DNA of 64,000 nt from Cyanobacteria bacterium P01_D01_bin.156 (GCA_039024555.1 JBCCQQ010000033.1:1-64000), one strand, 5' to 3'. Positions 8,843-19,851 are shown, numbered from the stretch's first letter. Made by a program: numbers and translations. Notes: generated by a model from the letters alone, not told the origin.

Positions 8843-10084
8843 TTATTGTGCCCCCAAGCCTGCTAATAAATTCAGCAATGGCTTAGGCTGTAGCTTTTCT
8901 TTGAACCAAATAATTTCAGCGGAAACATTCTTTACATCAATGCCGACCTTAGCCAAGTTTAGACGTTCTGAGATTGCCAGAATGAGGTTATGGCAGTCCG
9001 CCTTTTGGACCTGGGCAAATTTCTTACGCAGATACTCTGGTCGCCAATACCCTACTATTTCCAGAAGATAGACTCGACCATCGGGATGAACTAATCGAAA
9101 GTCAGGAATCATTACACTGCCGGGAATTGGAATGAGATCCACCTCTCGCTCCAGCTGCCATTGGGTTTTACCCTTGGCTACTAAACTGTCCCAGCGTTCA
9201 GCAAAGGCGGACTCTACCATGCTGTCATAGGGTTTACCTGGAGGATAATGGCTAACTAGGTCGCACTCGGAATCTAAGGTGTAGTGTTTTTCTGAAAGGT
9301 TTTTGGTGTAACTATCTTTCCACTGTAACGTGGCGCTCAGATGCCAGCGGCTAACATGCAAAATTGCCGGGACCAGTTTGGCGATGTCCAGTCCATAGCG
9401 GGTACTGGCTTTGAATAAGCTGGCAGGGCCATCAATGGTGATGGTAAACCCCTGGTCGGCTTCCCCTTCGATGTAGGCCATCAGTCGAAATAGCTTTAAG
9501 TAGCGAAACATCAGCTTGTACTCCCCTGGATCGTTACGGTGGAGATTCAACACCACATGGCTAGCTCGGTAAAAGATGCCCTGTACTTGGGACAGGTTAT
9601 AGCGATGGATAAGCGCTTCTGGTGTGGGAGCATCAAACTGAGTGAGAATGCGGTTTTCCTTTAAATCGGCATAAAGGCCCTGCTGGATGTGGATAGGTTC
9701 TACGTCTTTATCTAATTCTTGGGTAAGCTGGCCGGCTAGACCTTCAAGGTGTTGCTGGGCTGCATCAGGAGAGGGGGCTGTAGCCGCCGCTAGGGCAAAT
9801 ACACGCTGGCGCAGGTCCTGAGGGTCTAAAGGGCTAACTATGTCAAAGGTACTAAAGCTGCTACGCAGAATATGGGCCAGTCCCCGCTTGATGCGATAGT
9901 CGGTGTCTTCGCCTTCCAACTGCTGGAGCTTTTGGTTGAGATTGCCCTGGGTATCGCCAACGGTGGCTTGGAATAGGGCGATGAGATTTGCTGCGATCGC
10001 AAGCCAGAAATCCTCCACTGGTAGCTGTTTAGCATCAATGGAGTCTCCTCGGGGACGATGAATCAGTAAGTCAGACGGGAGCAT
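8843..10084 (-). CDS. DUF790 family (Bax1-like) PD-(D/E)XK endonuclease
   Basis: MLPSDLL start, YDSMVE, IPDF, LEIVGYWRPEYL. Confidence 0.85.
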   Translation of the reverse strand: MLPSDLLIHRPRGDSIDAKQLPVEDFWLAIAANLIALFQATVGDTQGNLNQKLQQLEGEDTDYRIKRGLAHILRSSFSTFDIVSPLDPQDLRQRVFALAAATAPSPDAAQQHLEGLAGQLTQELDKDVEPIHIQQGLYADLKENRILTQFDAPTPEALIHRYNLSQVQGIFYRASHVVLNLHRNDPGEYKLMFRYLKLFRLMAYIEGEADQGFTITIDGPASLFKASTRYGLDIAKLVPAILHVSRWHLSATLQWKDSYTKNLSEKHYTLDSECDLVSHYPPGKPYDSMVESAFAERWDSLVAKGKTQWQLEREVDLIPIPGSVMIPDFRLVHPDGRVYLLEIVGYWRPEYLRKKFAQVQKADCHNLILAISERLNLAKVGIDVKNVSAEIIWFKEKLQPKPLLNLLAGLGAQ

Positions 10085-10266
10085 CTTCTCAAGATAGACG
10101 CTATATAGTTAATTAAGACCTTCTTTAAATTTGAGTTTTAATGTTTGGCGTTACCGATTAAACGACAAATTCTCAGTTGCAGCGCGTTGCGTTCGAGTCA
10201 TGGATGCAGACAGCAGCCATCAAACTCAAGGCCTTAAATTAACATTTTTCTGATTTTCCACCCATT

Positions 10267-12702
10267 TTGATCCAGTCCGAAACCCTAGACCTCTTAGAAT
10301 GGCCCCGTCTTTGTCAGCAGTGGTCCACCTTCGCCGCCACCAAGCTAGGTGCCCTAGCGGCTCGCCACGGGCGGATTCCTAAGCACCAATCAGAAAGTGA
10401 ACAGCTGCTGGCCCAAACCCGTGAAGCCTATCAGCTAGAAGATGCTAATCCGCTGAATTTTCGAGGCGTGCAGGACATCGGCGATAGCCTGGAACAGGCC
10501 AAACGCCAGAGTATTCTGGCAGGGGACGACCTGCTCAACATTGCCACCACCTTAGCTGGGGCCAGACAACTGCGACGGGCCGTTGACGCCCAGGAAGAAG
10601 AAGACTTTCCAGTCCTGCAGGCACTGGTGGCTGAAATGCGCACCTATCCTGACCTAGAAAAAGAAATCCATCACTGTATTGATGATCGGGGGAAAGTGAC
10701 TGATCGCGCTAACCCAAAGCTAGCCGGTATTCGCAACAATCTCAAAAGCACCCATGACCAGCTCCACGCCAAGCTGCAGCGCATTATGCAGCGTCATACA
10801 GGAGCTCTGCAAGAAGCGCTGATTACGCAGCGGGCAGGAAGGTTTGTAATTCCCGTAAAGGCTCCCCAGAAGGATTCGATTCCCGGCATTGTTCATGATG
10901 TATCTACCAGTGGGGCCACTCTGTACATCGAACCCCAAGGCGTGATTGAGTTTGGTAATCGACTACGGCAGCTAGAACGCCAGGAAACTCGCGAAGAGGA
11001 ACTGGTACGTCAAAAACTCAGTGCTCAGGTCGCAGAAGTCAGCAACGATCTTGAGCAGCTGATGGCCATTGTCACCACGCTGGATTTAGCCACAGCCAGG
11101 GCACGCTACTCCCTTTGGTTAGAAGCCAATCCGCCCCGGTTCAGCAGCCCAGAAGAGCGCACTGTTCTACGCCAATTACGCCATCCTATTTTGGTGTGGC
11201 AGCAGCGCCATGAGGAAGATAGCGACGTGGTGCCCATTGACGTCACCATGCGCCCGGATATTCGCGTGGTGGCGATTACTGGACCCAATACCGGGGGTAA
11301 AACCGTTACGCTAAAAACCTTGGGGCTGGCGGCTCTGATGGCCAAAGTGGGACTGTTTATTCCAGCGCGAGAACCGGTTGAGCTACCTTGGTTCGATCAG
11401 ATTTTGGCGGATATTGGAGACGAACAGTCCATTGAGCAGAGCCTCTCCACATTTTCTGGACATGTTCGCCGCATTGGCCGAATTTTGGATGCCATTGGGG
11501 CCGGGTCGGAGACAGTACAGAACGAGGGCAAAGATAATTCTTTAGTGCTGTTAGATGAGGTGGGAGCAGGGACAGATCCATCTGAAGGGAGTGCCCTTGC
11601 GATCGCACTTCTCCAACATCTGGCAGACCATACCCGCCTGACCGTGGCGACCACCCACTTTGGTGAACTCAAAGCTCTCAAGTACCAGGACGAACGGTTT
11701 GAAAATGCATCAGTAGAATTTGACGATGTTAGTCTGTCCCCTACCTATCGCCTGCTATGGGGGATACCCGGTCGGTCCAATGCCCTGACCATTGCCCGAC
11801 GGCTAGGATTAAATCCAGCGGTACTAGATACGGCCCAGGGCTATGTGGGCATCAGCAAACAGGATGATGTCAATCAAGTCATTGCCGGTCTTGAAGCCCA
11901 GCGTAAACGTCAGGAAGACAAGGCTGCAGAGGCTGCTGATATTGTGGCCCAGGCAGAAGCCTTGAAGGCCGATATTGAGCGCAAAGCTGCAGCTATCAAG
12001 GACTGGGAACTTAACCAAAAGCTAGAACAGGAAAAAGCGATTCAAGCTGCGGTGACAGCAGCCAAAGCCGAAATCGCCACCGTTATCCGTCAGCTCCAGA
12101 AGGGAGCACCCACCGCCCAAGCAGCCCAAAAAGCTACGGAAATTGTGGAAGGCATTGCCCAGCAGCAAGTCTTACCTAAAGGGCAACATCCCGCTAAAAA
12201 AGCCATCACGGACTACAAACCCAAACTAGGGGAAAAGGTGCGACTCATCGGATTAGGGGGACAGACCGCAGAAGTTGTAGAAGAACCAGATACTGACGGC
12301 AAAGTGGCCGTTCGGTTTGGTTTGATGAAAACCATTGTGGACCTGGCTGAAATTGAATCCCTAACGGGTCAGAAAACAAACACGACCAAAGCACCGCCAC
12401 CGGAAAAAAAACCTGAAAAACAGCGCCAGGTCAAAGTTACAAAGAAAGAACCGGCTGCGCCAGCTGTACGCACCTCCAAGAACACCATTGACCTTAGGGG
12501 CATGCGTGTGGCAGAGGCAGAAGCGGATTTGGAAAACTTTATTGCTAAGTCCACCGGACCTATCTGGATTATTCATGGTCATGGCACTGGCAAACTTAAG
12601 CGAGGCGTCCGGGAATTTCTTAAACGCCATCCCCAGGTGCGTAGCTTTGATAATGCGGAGCAGACCGACGGCGGCACGGGCGTCACCGTAGCCCAGGTGT
12701 AG
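10267..12702 (+). CDS. mutS2: endonuclease MutS2
   Basis: TGPNTGGKT, DIGDEQSIEQSLSTFS, LLDEVGAGTDP, C-terminal Smr domain (IDLRG...IIHGHGTG). Confidence 0.95.
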   Translation: MIQSETLDLLEWPRLCQQWSTFAATKLGALAARHGRIPKHQSESEQLLAQTREAYQLEDANPLNFRGVQDIGDSLEQAKRQSILAGDDLLNIATTLAGARQLRRAVDAQEEEDFPVLQALVAEMRTYPDLEKEIHHCIDDRGKVTDRANPKLAGIRNNLKSTHDQLHAKLQRIMQRHTGALQEALITQRAGRFVIPVKAPQKDSIPGIVHDVSTSGATLYIEPQGVIEFGNRLRQLERQETREEELVRQKLSAQVAEVSNDLEQLMAIVTTLDLATARARYSLWLEANPPRFSSPEERTVLRQLRHPILVWQQRHEEDSDVVPIDVTMRPDIRVVAITGPNTGGKTVTLKTLGLAALMAKVGLFIPAREPVELPWFDQILADIGDEQSIEQSLSTFSGHVRRIGRILDAIGAGSETVQNEGKDNSLVLLDEVGAGTDPSEGSALAIALLQHLADHTRLTVATTHFGELKALKYQDERFENASVEFDDVSLSPTYRLLWGIPGRSNALTIARRLGLNPAVLDTAQGYVGISKQDDVNQVIAGLEAQRKRQEDKAAEAADIVAQAEALKADIERKAAAIKDWELNQKLEQEKAIQAAVTAAKAEIATVIRQLQKGAPTAQAAQKATEIVEGIAQQQVLPKGQHPAKKAITDYKPKLGEKVRLIGLGGQTAEVVEEPDTDGKVAVRFGLMKTIVDLAEIESLTGQKTNTTKAPPPEKKPEKQRQVKVTKKEPAAPAVRTSKNTIDLRGMRVAEAEADLENFIAKSTGPIWIIHGHGTGKLKRGVREFLKRHPQVRSFDNAEQTDGGTGVTVAQV

Positions 12703-12796
12703 GGACAGTTTAAGAAATCGTATCCTGGTCCCCAATGGCAAACACCAGACGGTATGCTAACGATTGAATTTAGAGTTACCAAAGAATTACGCATCA

Positions 12797-13711
12797 ATGC
12801 CCCTGCCCACCACCCAACAGGCAGATACAGCCGATCAAAAATCCTTGTGGTTGGCTGCCATTAAACCTCCCATGTACAGCGTGGCTATTATCCCTATATT
12901 GGTGGGAAGTCTACTGGCCTGGTCAGAAACCGGTCAGATGAATAGGCCTATTTTGGTAATTTTTTTGCTGTCGGCAGTGCTGTTATTGGTATGGGAAAAC
13001 CTCAGCAATGATGTATACGATGCGGATACAGGCATCGATAAAAATAAGCACCATTCTTTGGTAAATCTCACCCAAAACCAGTCTTTAATCTTTTGGCTTG
13101 GTAATCTCAGTTTAGGTCTTGGTATTGTCGGCGTGCTATCCATTGCTCTGCTCCAGCAGGACTTTACGGTACTGGGGGTAATATTAATCTGCTGTGCCTT
13201 GGGATATATGTACCAAGGCCCCCCTTTTCGTTTGGGTTATCAAGGTCTGGGTGAACCCCTATGCTTTGTGAGTTTTTCCCTGGGTGTGGGGGCCGCTTAC
13301 TATTCTCAGGCTCAGACATTTTCCCTATCATGCTGGGGGTTGGGAGCCATTGTTGGCATGGCAACCACACTGGTTCTGTTTTGCTCCCACTTTCATCAGG
13401 TAAAGGATGATTTAGCTGCGGGTAAGCGTTCTCCTATCGTACGTTTGGGCACGTTGAGAGGGGCCCACCTGCTGCCCTGGCTCTGTGGCAGTATTTTTAT
13501 GATTCTTCTAGGAGGATTGGGCACAGGGCTATTTCCCATAGGTTTGACACTGGTATTTGCCAGTGCTCCCTTTGCCATTCAACTTTGTCACCATGTAGCG
13601 CAGTATCACGATCAGCCCCAGTTAGTACAAAATGCTAAGTTCGTGGCTATTCGTTTCCAGTTTTGTTGTGGAATCCTCCTATGTTTAGGGATTTTGCTAT
13701 CAATTGGGTGA
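12797..13711 (+). CDS. menA: 2-carboxy-1,4-naphthoquinone phytyltransferase
   Basis: UbiA family; AAIKPPMYSVA, NLSNDVYDADTGID, HFHQVKDDLAAGK; start approximate. Confidence 0.92.
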   Translation: MPLPTTQQADTADQKSLWLAAIKPPMYSVAIIPILVGSLLAWSETGQMNRPILVIFLLSAVLLLVWENLSNDVYDADTGIDKNKHHSLVNLTQNQSLIFWLGNLSLGLGIVGVLSIALLQQDFTVLGVILICCALGYMYQGPPFRLGYQGLGEPLCFVSFSLGVGAAYYSQAQTFSLSCWGLGAIVGMATTLVLFCSHFHQVKDDLAAGKRSPIVRLGTLRGAHLLPWLCGSIFMILLGGLGTGLFPIGLTLVFASAPFAIQLCHHVAQYHDQPQLVQNAKFVAIRFQFCCGILLCLGILLSIG

Positions 13712-13839
13712 GAAAACGTTTGGCATTGCTATAATCCTTAGCCAGCTGTATATTTCCACCCACCAGGGCGACCCTAAGTATTTTTTCACGATAGGCAAGT
13801 ACTCGCCTTTCTCTTCGTCCAGTATTCGAGTCTTACACC

Positions 13840-14820
13840 ATGGCCTATCGGTTTGAGTTTCGTCCCTATCATCGTCGGTTTCGACAGCCGGTACAGACTC
13901 ACCATGGAGAATGGCAGGTTAGACAGGGGCTAATTCTCAAACTTACTGATGAAGCTGGCTGCAACGGCTATGGTGAAGTGGCACCGTTACCTTGGTTTGG
14001 GTCTGAGAGCTTTGAGCAAGCCCTCGACTTTTGTCAGCAGCTACCGTCCCACTTCTCAGATCAGACAGTTCCTTCTCTCTTACCAACGTTACCTGCCTGT
14101 CAGTTTGGTTTGGAGTCTGTCTTTGCCCACCTAGAACGTCAGCTGAAACCAATCGATTTACCCAATGCTCAATGTTGTGTTCTTCTACCTAAGGGACAAC
14201 AAGCCTTAAGCCATTGGCAACCGCTTTGGCAGCAGGGCTACCGCATTTTTAAGTGCAAAATCGGCATGGAGTCCGTTGCTGAAGAGATGAACTGGCTAGA
14301 ACAGCTCCTGGGACAGTTACCCTTTGGCGCGAAGCTGCGATTGGATGCTAACGGCGGCCTCAATGAACTGGCAGCACGACAATGGTTAGACTGGTGCGAT
14401 CGCAATGGCCAGCGTATCGAGTTTTTAGAACAGCCCTTGCCACCTAATGCCTTTGAAACAATCATGCGGCTCAGCTATCGCTATCAAACCCATATCGCCT
14501 TAGATGAGTCCATCGCCAGTTTGGAACAACTCAAGGCCCATTTTCATCGAGGTTGGGATGGAATCTATGTCATCAAAGCATCGATCATGGGCTCTCCCCA
14601 ACGATTGCAACACTTTTATCATCAGTACCCCATCGACCTAGTGATTTCCTCGGTCTTTGAAACCGCCGTGGGTCATCAGGCATTAATTCGTCTTGCCATT
14701 GACCTGGCCACAGTCTATCCCGATATTCCTCACCGAGCCCTTGGTCTGGGAACCCAGCAGTGGTTTAACGACAGTTTGAACCAAGCCGATTGGCAACAGC
14801 TATGGCAACAACTAGAATAG
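13840..14820 (+). CDS. menC: o-succinylbenzoate synthase
   Basis: Enolase superfamily: FKCKIG, RLDANG, EQP, ALDES; men gene context. Confidence 0.92.
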   Translation: MAYRFEFRPYHRRFRQPVQTHHGEWQVRQGLILKLTDEAGCNGYGEVAPLPWFGSESFEQALDFCQQLPSHFSDQTVPSLLPTLPACQFGLESVFAHLERQLKPIDLPNAQCCVLLPKGQQALSHWQPLWQQGYRIFKCKIGMESVAEEMNWLEQLLGQLPFGAKLRLDANGGLNELAARQWLDWCDRNGQRIEFLEQPLPPNAFETIMRLSYRYQTHIALDESIASLEQLKAHFHRGWDGIYVIKASIMGSPQRLQHFYHQYPIDLVISSVFETAVGHQALIRLAIDLATVYPDIPHRALGLGTQQWFNDSLNQADWQQLWQQLE

Positions 14821-14829
14821 CATCGCATC

Positions 14830-16176
14830 GTGGGCTCACCCAAAAACAACAACACCCCTACTCTCTCTCCCCATCAAGTCTGGCTATCTTTAACGGCACC
14901 CTGGTGTCAACAGGTTCAACCTATCCAGCAACAATCTACAGTACTCATTAACGAAGCTGAACCACAGCGTTTTCTCGCCTACCTATGGAGCGGACTGCTA
15001 TCCAATTCTGCCGTTATTCTGGCTAACCCCAGCTGGCAACAGCAGGAATGGCAGCAGGTGGCCACCCAGTTTTGCCCAGATAGGGTATTGGGTAAAGTTC
15101 CTCCAGTCACCTTTTCCGCCACTGCCCAACAACCTGAACCGGGGCAAATTCTGATTGCCACTGGCGGTACATCCGGAAAGATCAAATTTGTTGTCCACAC
15201 CTGGCTGACATTAACGACCGCCGCCCAGGGATTCATAGACCATTTCCACCAATCTCCCATCAATAGCTACTGTGTGTTGCCGCTGTATCACGTCAGCGGA
15301 CTGATGCAGGCCATGCGGGTATGGCTGTCGGGCGGTCGTCTAATAGTTCAGTCATTCAAACATCTAGAAGCCGGTAAACGGCTCATACAACCCGATACCA
15401 GCTGGTTTATATCCCTGGTACCTACCCAGCTTCAGCGTTTGCTAGAGGCCGATGCCAGTGCCTGGCTAGAACGGTTTCACGCCATTCTGTTAGGTGGTGC
15501 TCCGGCTTGGCCCAAGCTGCTTGAGCAGGTACGCCATTTACCCCTGGCCCTGACCTATGGCATGAGCGAAACCGCTGCCCAAATAGCCACACTGTTACCG
15601 CCAGAGTTTCAACAAGGTCACCGCAGCAGTGGATCTTCCTTACCCCATACGCAGATCTCAATTCATCAATTAGACACACCTCAGACCGAACCCGTTGGTA
15701 AGGTAGGCCGGATCGCTATCAAAACGCCATCCCTGGGTCTGGGTTATTGGCCCCATCGCCCCTTAGCTCCTCAGCAGAATTGGTTTTACCCAGATGACCT
15801 AGGCTACTTGGACCAAAACGGTCATCTGCATGTAGTGGGTCGCCATAGCCAAAAAATCATCACCGGAGGAGAGAATGTCTTCCCAACAGAAGTAGAAGCG
15901 GCGCTGTTGGCAACAGAATTAGTAAGCGATGCCTGGGTAAGTGGGGTAGCCGATGAGCAATGGGGGCAGGCCGTGGCTGCGGTTTATGTTTCTAAAAAAC
16001 AGCCCCCTGTAACACCAACGGATTTAAAGACAGCCCTAAAACCATTGCTTAGTTCTTACAAACATCCCAAACATTGGTGCGCTGTTGATGATATTCCTCG
16101 CAATCTCCAAGGCAAGGTTAATCGAGCTGCGATGATGGCGCAGTTAAACGCAACCACTGTTGCAGATCAGGACTGA
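14830..16176 (+). CDS. menE: 2-succinylbenzoate-CoA ligase
   Basis: TGGTSGKIK, LPLYHVSG, YGMSET, DDLG, GGENV adenylation motifs; follows menC. Confidence 0.9.
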   Translation: MGSPKNNNTPTLSPHQVWLSLTAPWCQQVQPIQQQSTVLINEAEPQRFLAYLWSGLLSNSAVILANPSWQQQEWQQVATQFCPDRVLGKVPPVTFSATAQQPEPGQILIATGGTSGKIKFVVHTWLTLTTAAQGFIDHFHQSPINSYCVLPLYHVSGLMQAMRVWLSGGRLIVQSFKHLEAGKRLIQPDTSWFISLVPTQLQRLLEADASAWLERFHAILLGGAPAWPKLLEQVRHLPLALTYGMSETAAQIATLLPPEFQQGHRSSGSSLPHTQISIHQLDTPQTEPVGKVGRIAIKTPSLGLGYWPHRPLAPQQNWFYPDDLGYLDQNGHLHVVGRHSQKIITGGENVFPTEVEAALLATELVSDAWVSGVADEQWGQAVAAVYVSKKQPPVTPTDLKTALKPLLSSYKHPKHWCAVDDIPRNLQGKVNRAAMMAQLNATTVADQD

Positions 16177-16543
16177 TGGGCTGACGCTGACGGCTGGCAC
16201 TATCAATACACACATGGCGTGTCAGAGCAGTGGCTATGCTTTTTTGGTCAGTGCTTAGGGCATAGCGAATTTCAAATGTTGCGTCGTCTAAGGCTGTGGT
16301 CTGGAGAGCGATCGCAACCTCATCACCACAGTGCAAAGGCCGTCGAAAATCGACCGAGCTATGGACTATGGGCACCGCTAGTGAGCCACCGCTAAAAAAT
16401 ATCCGTACATCAACACCTGCCGCCACCAAAGATGCCTCATAGGCTTCATGACAGAGGATTAACACATTGGCAAAGTAAACTACCCCTGCAGCATCCGTTT
16501 CATGAAAACGAATGGTACGCCGATAAACATAGGGAGTAGACAT
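16118..16543 (-). CDS. 1,4-dihydroxy-2-naphthoyl-CoA hydrolase (4HBT-type thioesterase)
   Basis: RFHETDAAGVVYF hotdog motif; convergent with and overlapping menE. Confidence 0.85.
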   Translation of the reverse strand: MSTPYVYRRTIRFHETDAAGVVYFANVLILCHEAYEASLVAAGVDVRIFFSGGSLAVPIVHSSVDFRRPLHCGDEVAIALQTTALDDATFEIRYALSTDQKSIATALTRHVCIDSASRQRQPISPDLQQWLRLTAPSSQLD

Positions 16544-16662
16544 GAGAACTATATAGCGCTAGTCATATGGGCTAGGACCATTATTATCTTCGAAAGCCTT
16601 CAGCCACAAAGCCAATGTGACCTGCAAATTCCCTATCAAAACATCTGCCATAACGTCAGAAC

Positions 16663-18201
16663 TTACTGAGCGTGGGGCTGGGCCGGACGGAAATTCGGCA
16701 TATCCTTAATCAGCGTTTCTGTTTTTAGATCCTTGGGTAACGCCGTTTTAGCCAAAGCGGCCTCAGCCTGAGGCATAACGTTGAGCGCCACTAGAGGATT
16801 CCCATTAGCTCGGTTATTGAGGTTAGCCAAAGCATAACGCAACACATCATCGGGATTCACGGTTACCCAACCCTGTCCCGTCAGCTGATGCAGCTCAAAG
16901 TGGAGGTGAGGGCCTGTGGAGTTCCCTGTAGAACCGACCAAACCAATCACATCTCCCTGTTCAACCCATTCACCTGGCTGCACCAAAATGTGGGACATGT
17001 GAGCATAGCGGCTCTCAAGCGTATTGTCATTGTGGCGAAGAATTACCGTTAGACCGTAGCCACCAAGATAGTCTGCCACCGACACCTGCCCAGACTGGGT
17101 TGCTAAAATTGGTGTTCCCTGGGGAGCCCCTAAGTCAGTTCCATTGTGGAAACGATAATCATGGTGAATCGGGTGCCAACGCCAGCCAAACAAAGACGTA
17201 ATGGGCGAGGGGGACGCTAGGGGAAAAACAAAGGACTCACCCGCCTGTAAATCCACCAGCGGTTTTGCCACGGTGTTGTAGTATTCACGGCTAGCTACAG
17301 TAGCAACACTGCCGGTAAATCGCACACCAGCCCGACTAATATTCACCGGACCAATATTAATACCTCCAGCGCTGGCCACTGGCTGGCTGGCTCCACAGCC
17401 TGCACTCAAGTTTTTGCTATTAACTTTGTACTCACAGCCTGTAGACCGCTCTGAAATAACTACCTCAGGAGTCGTCGGGGTAGCCCCTACTTCATAGTCG
17501 GTAGGGTCTACAAATACTCCACCATATTCAACCGCTAAATCTTCCACAGTGGGAATTGCCCCAGGAACCACATCACTGGGTTTGACAATATCGACAGAAG
17601 GCGACGTTTCTAAAACGATTGGCTCAGGTGTAGAGTCCTCTTCCAAAGATATGTCTTCCAAAAGCTCATCGTCTGCCGTGGCGGCTGTCTCTATGGCAGC
17701 CGTGTCTGTCTCAGCTGCATCCGGTTCAACCTCGCTCAAATCCACTGCATCTCCCGAATTATCAGGCACTCCAGCGCTATTAACTCCTTCCTCAGGGCTG
17801 ACTATTTCTCCCTGAGACGTAATAGCGTCTATCTTGGGCAGATTAACGGGTTTAGTGGAAAATTCAGGCGCGTTTGCCTCTGGTGCAATCACCAAAGGCG
17901 GTGCCACTGGGGTAATTTCCTCTACAACAATAGGACGGTCTCCCGGTTTCCTGACCGCAGGAAAGGTATCAGCAGCCGACATCGGGGGCGGTGTTGTCAC
18001 ATCACCAATCGCACCTGCCTCTATTTGAGCCAGCACGGGTTGACCACCCATGACAGCAACCGAGCCTACTAATCCTATTTTTTTCCACAGTTGCCCATTG
18101 TGGTTTCGGCGCACAACTGTCTTAGCCACAATTTTATTGGAGGAATTGTTTGACCCACTGGGAGCAGCAGATGCCGAAGATGAGGGGCAAAAATCAGCCA
18201 T
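16663..18201 (-). CDS. M23 family metallopeptidase with a long acidic low-complexity N-terminus
   Basis: HNGTD, GYG, YAHM, GSTGNSTGPHLHFE. Confidence 0.9.
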   Translation of the reverse strand: MADFCPSSSASAAPSGSNNSSNKIVAKTVVRRNHNGQLWKKIGLVGSVAVMGGQPVLAQIEAGAIGDVTTPPPMSAADTFPAVRKPGDRPIVVEEITPVAPPLVIAPEANAPEFSTKPVNLPKIDAITSQGEIVSPEEGVNSAGVPDNSGDAVDLSEVEPDAAETDTAAIETAATADDELLEDISLEEDSTPEPIVLETSPSVDIVKPSDVVPGAIPTVEDLAVEYGGVFVDPTDYEVGATPTTPEVVISERSTGCEYKVNSKNLSAGCGASQPVASAGGINIGPVNISRAGVRFTGSVATVASREYYNTVAKPLVDLQAGESFVFPLASPSPITSLFGWRWHPIHHDYRFHNGTDLGAPQGTPILATQSGQVSVADYLGGYGLTVILRHNDNTLESRYAHMSHILVQPGEWVEQGDVIGLVGSTGNSTGPHLHFELHQLTGQGWVTVNPDDVLRYALANLNNRANGNPLVALNVMPQAEAALAKTALPKDLKTETLIKDMPNFRPAQPHAQ

Positions 18202-18340
18202 AGAGAAGATAAATAAAACGTTCGGTTGAGAATAGCTAGGCAGTTAATACTTAGAAAAGTTTGTATATATAAGAAAACGCCCAGAAGGCTAAATCGTTAA
18301 TCTGCAGTTAAGTTTAACCGCAGTGAATCTCTGACCCAGA

Positions 18341-19204
18341 CTAGGAATAGCCGAGGGAAAGTTCACCTGATTTGATGTAGACCAGTTGCTCAACTGGCTG
18401 ATCAGTCAGCACTAAGTTATGTGACGTAGAACTCAAAATTAAGTGTCCTAAGTCCGTAATACCGGCTATTTTCCAGGTCTTACCATCCAGAACTACAGGC
18501 ATATTTAGATGGGTCAGTAGACTTTGATAAACATCTGTAAAAGTTTGGCTATCGATGTGGGTCTTATAAAAAACACCTCGCCAAATACCCAGCAGCACTG
18601 CTGCTGTAACCTGACATAGCGTCGTTGCAGAGGTTTTCGAATCAGAATTTATATGGCTAAAGTTTTTTAGTTTTTGCCAGGTGATGCCGGTTGTCGGTAC
18701 CGGATTGCACACATTAATACCGACACCAATCACAGCTTGAGTGATTATGCCCTTCTCCAACGTACTTTCACTTAGAATTCCCCCCAGCTTTCGACCTGTA
18801 ACAACCAGATCATTAGGCCATTTGATTTGAGCAGGCACTCCCAAATGTCGAAACTGGCTAGCAATTCCCCAGGCACTGGCCAGGGTAAGTATTCCAGCCT
18901 GCTCCGCAGGCCAATCTGGCTCTAGAGAAAGCGATAGATAGACTCCCCCTGGCTGAGATAGCCACTGTTTACCGCGCTGTCCTTTGCCAGCTGTTTGGCT
19001 GTGTGCGATCGCAACTGTCCCAGCCCGAGCATTGGGCATTTGCCATAGAACTTTATTAGTGGATTCCACCTGGTCAAATACATGGAGGTCGAACCGAGGA
19101 CGCAGCGACTTTAAGAACGAGGGTGTCTCTGGCAAAGACGATGTCGCTAATGCCCGATAAATTCCCTCTCGATTAAATTCTTCCAGTGGCAGTAAATCTG
19201 CCAA
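18341..19204 (-). CDS. birA: biotin-[acetyl-CoA-carboxylase] ligase
   Basis: STN, QTAGKGQRG, KWPNDL, KLGGIL, GVGIN. Confidence 0.92.
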   Translation of the reverse strand: MADLLPLEEFNREGIYRALATSSLPETPSFLKSLRPRFDLHVFDQVESTNKVLWQMPNARAGTVAIAHSQTAGKGQRGKQWLSQPGGVYLSLSLEPDWPAEQAGILTLASAWGIASQFRHLGVPAQIKWPNDLVVTGRKLGGILSESTLEKGIITQAVIGVGINVCNPVPTTGITWQKLKNFSHINSDSKTSATTLCQVTAAVLLGIWRGVFYKTHIDSQTFTDVYQSLLTHLNMPVVLDGKTWKIAGITDLGHLILSSTSHNLVLTDQPVEQLVYIKSGELSLGYS

Positions 19205-19279
19205 AATTCTGTCCTCCGTTGCAGGCAGGATTCAATCCTACCAGCTGTTATCCTAAGGCTGAGCTAAGCTAAACCTGTC

Positions 19280-19675
19280 ATGACCGATCTGCCTCCACTA
19301 ACTGAAGCCACCCTTTGGGCCATCTTGAACGAAGAGCTAGAAGATGACGTGGTTAATCGTCTAGTTTGGCACTACCTGGGATATCGATACGATGCAACAA
19401 CTCAGCAGTGGGATGCTGAGCAAGTCATTTCTCCCCTTAAAGAAAAGTATTCGGAACCGCCCAATTTTATTGAAAGTCGCCCTGCCACAGTTCAGCTGAC
19501 ACGCTCCATTCCTAAAGAAAATAAGCAGCTACTTAAAACGTATCTGGGGTTTAAAGGGTACACCGTAGATCAGCTCATTCCCCGTCTCACTCGACGAGCA
19601 ACCATGACCAACTGGCTTCTCAGCCATATGCAGTCGCAAGGACTCTTGCAAGACCAGTCACCGACTGAGAGTTAG
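19280..19675 (+). CDS. DUF1823 family protein
   Basis: VWHYLGYRY, SRPATVQLTRSIP, LGFKGY, TRRAT motifs. Confidence 0.8.
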   Translation: MTDLPPLTEATLWAILNEELEDDVVNRLVWHYLGYRYDATTQQWDAEQVISPLKEKYSEPPNFIESRPATVQLTRSIPKENKQLLKTYLGFKGYTVDQLIPRLTRRATMTNWLLSHMQSQGLLQDQSPTES

Positions 19676-19851
19676 ACGGGCGCATTGGTTCCATCAAACC
19701 CATTTTTATACAGACACTTTATGTAAACTCTGTCATGCCAGAGACTGTCAACTTTTGGATCGCAATAGCTCAAAAAGCAATTTTATTAAAACACCATTTT
19801 ATAGTTCGCGTGTACCATTAGAAACAGAGAATAATAGTACGCACGTCTTCT

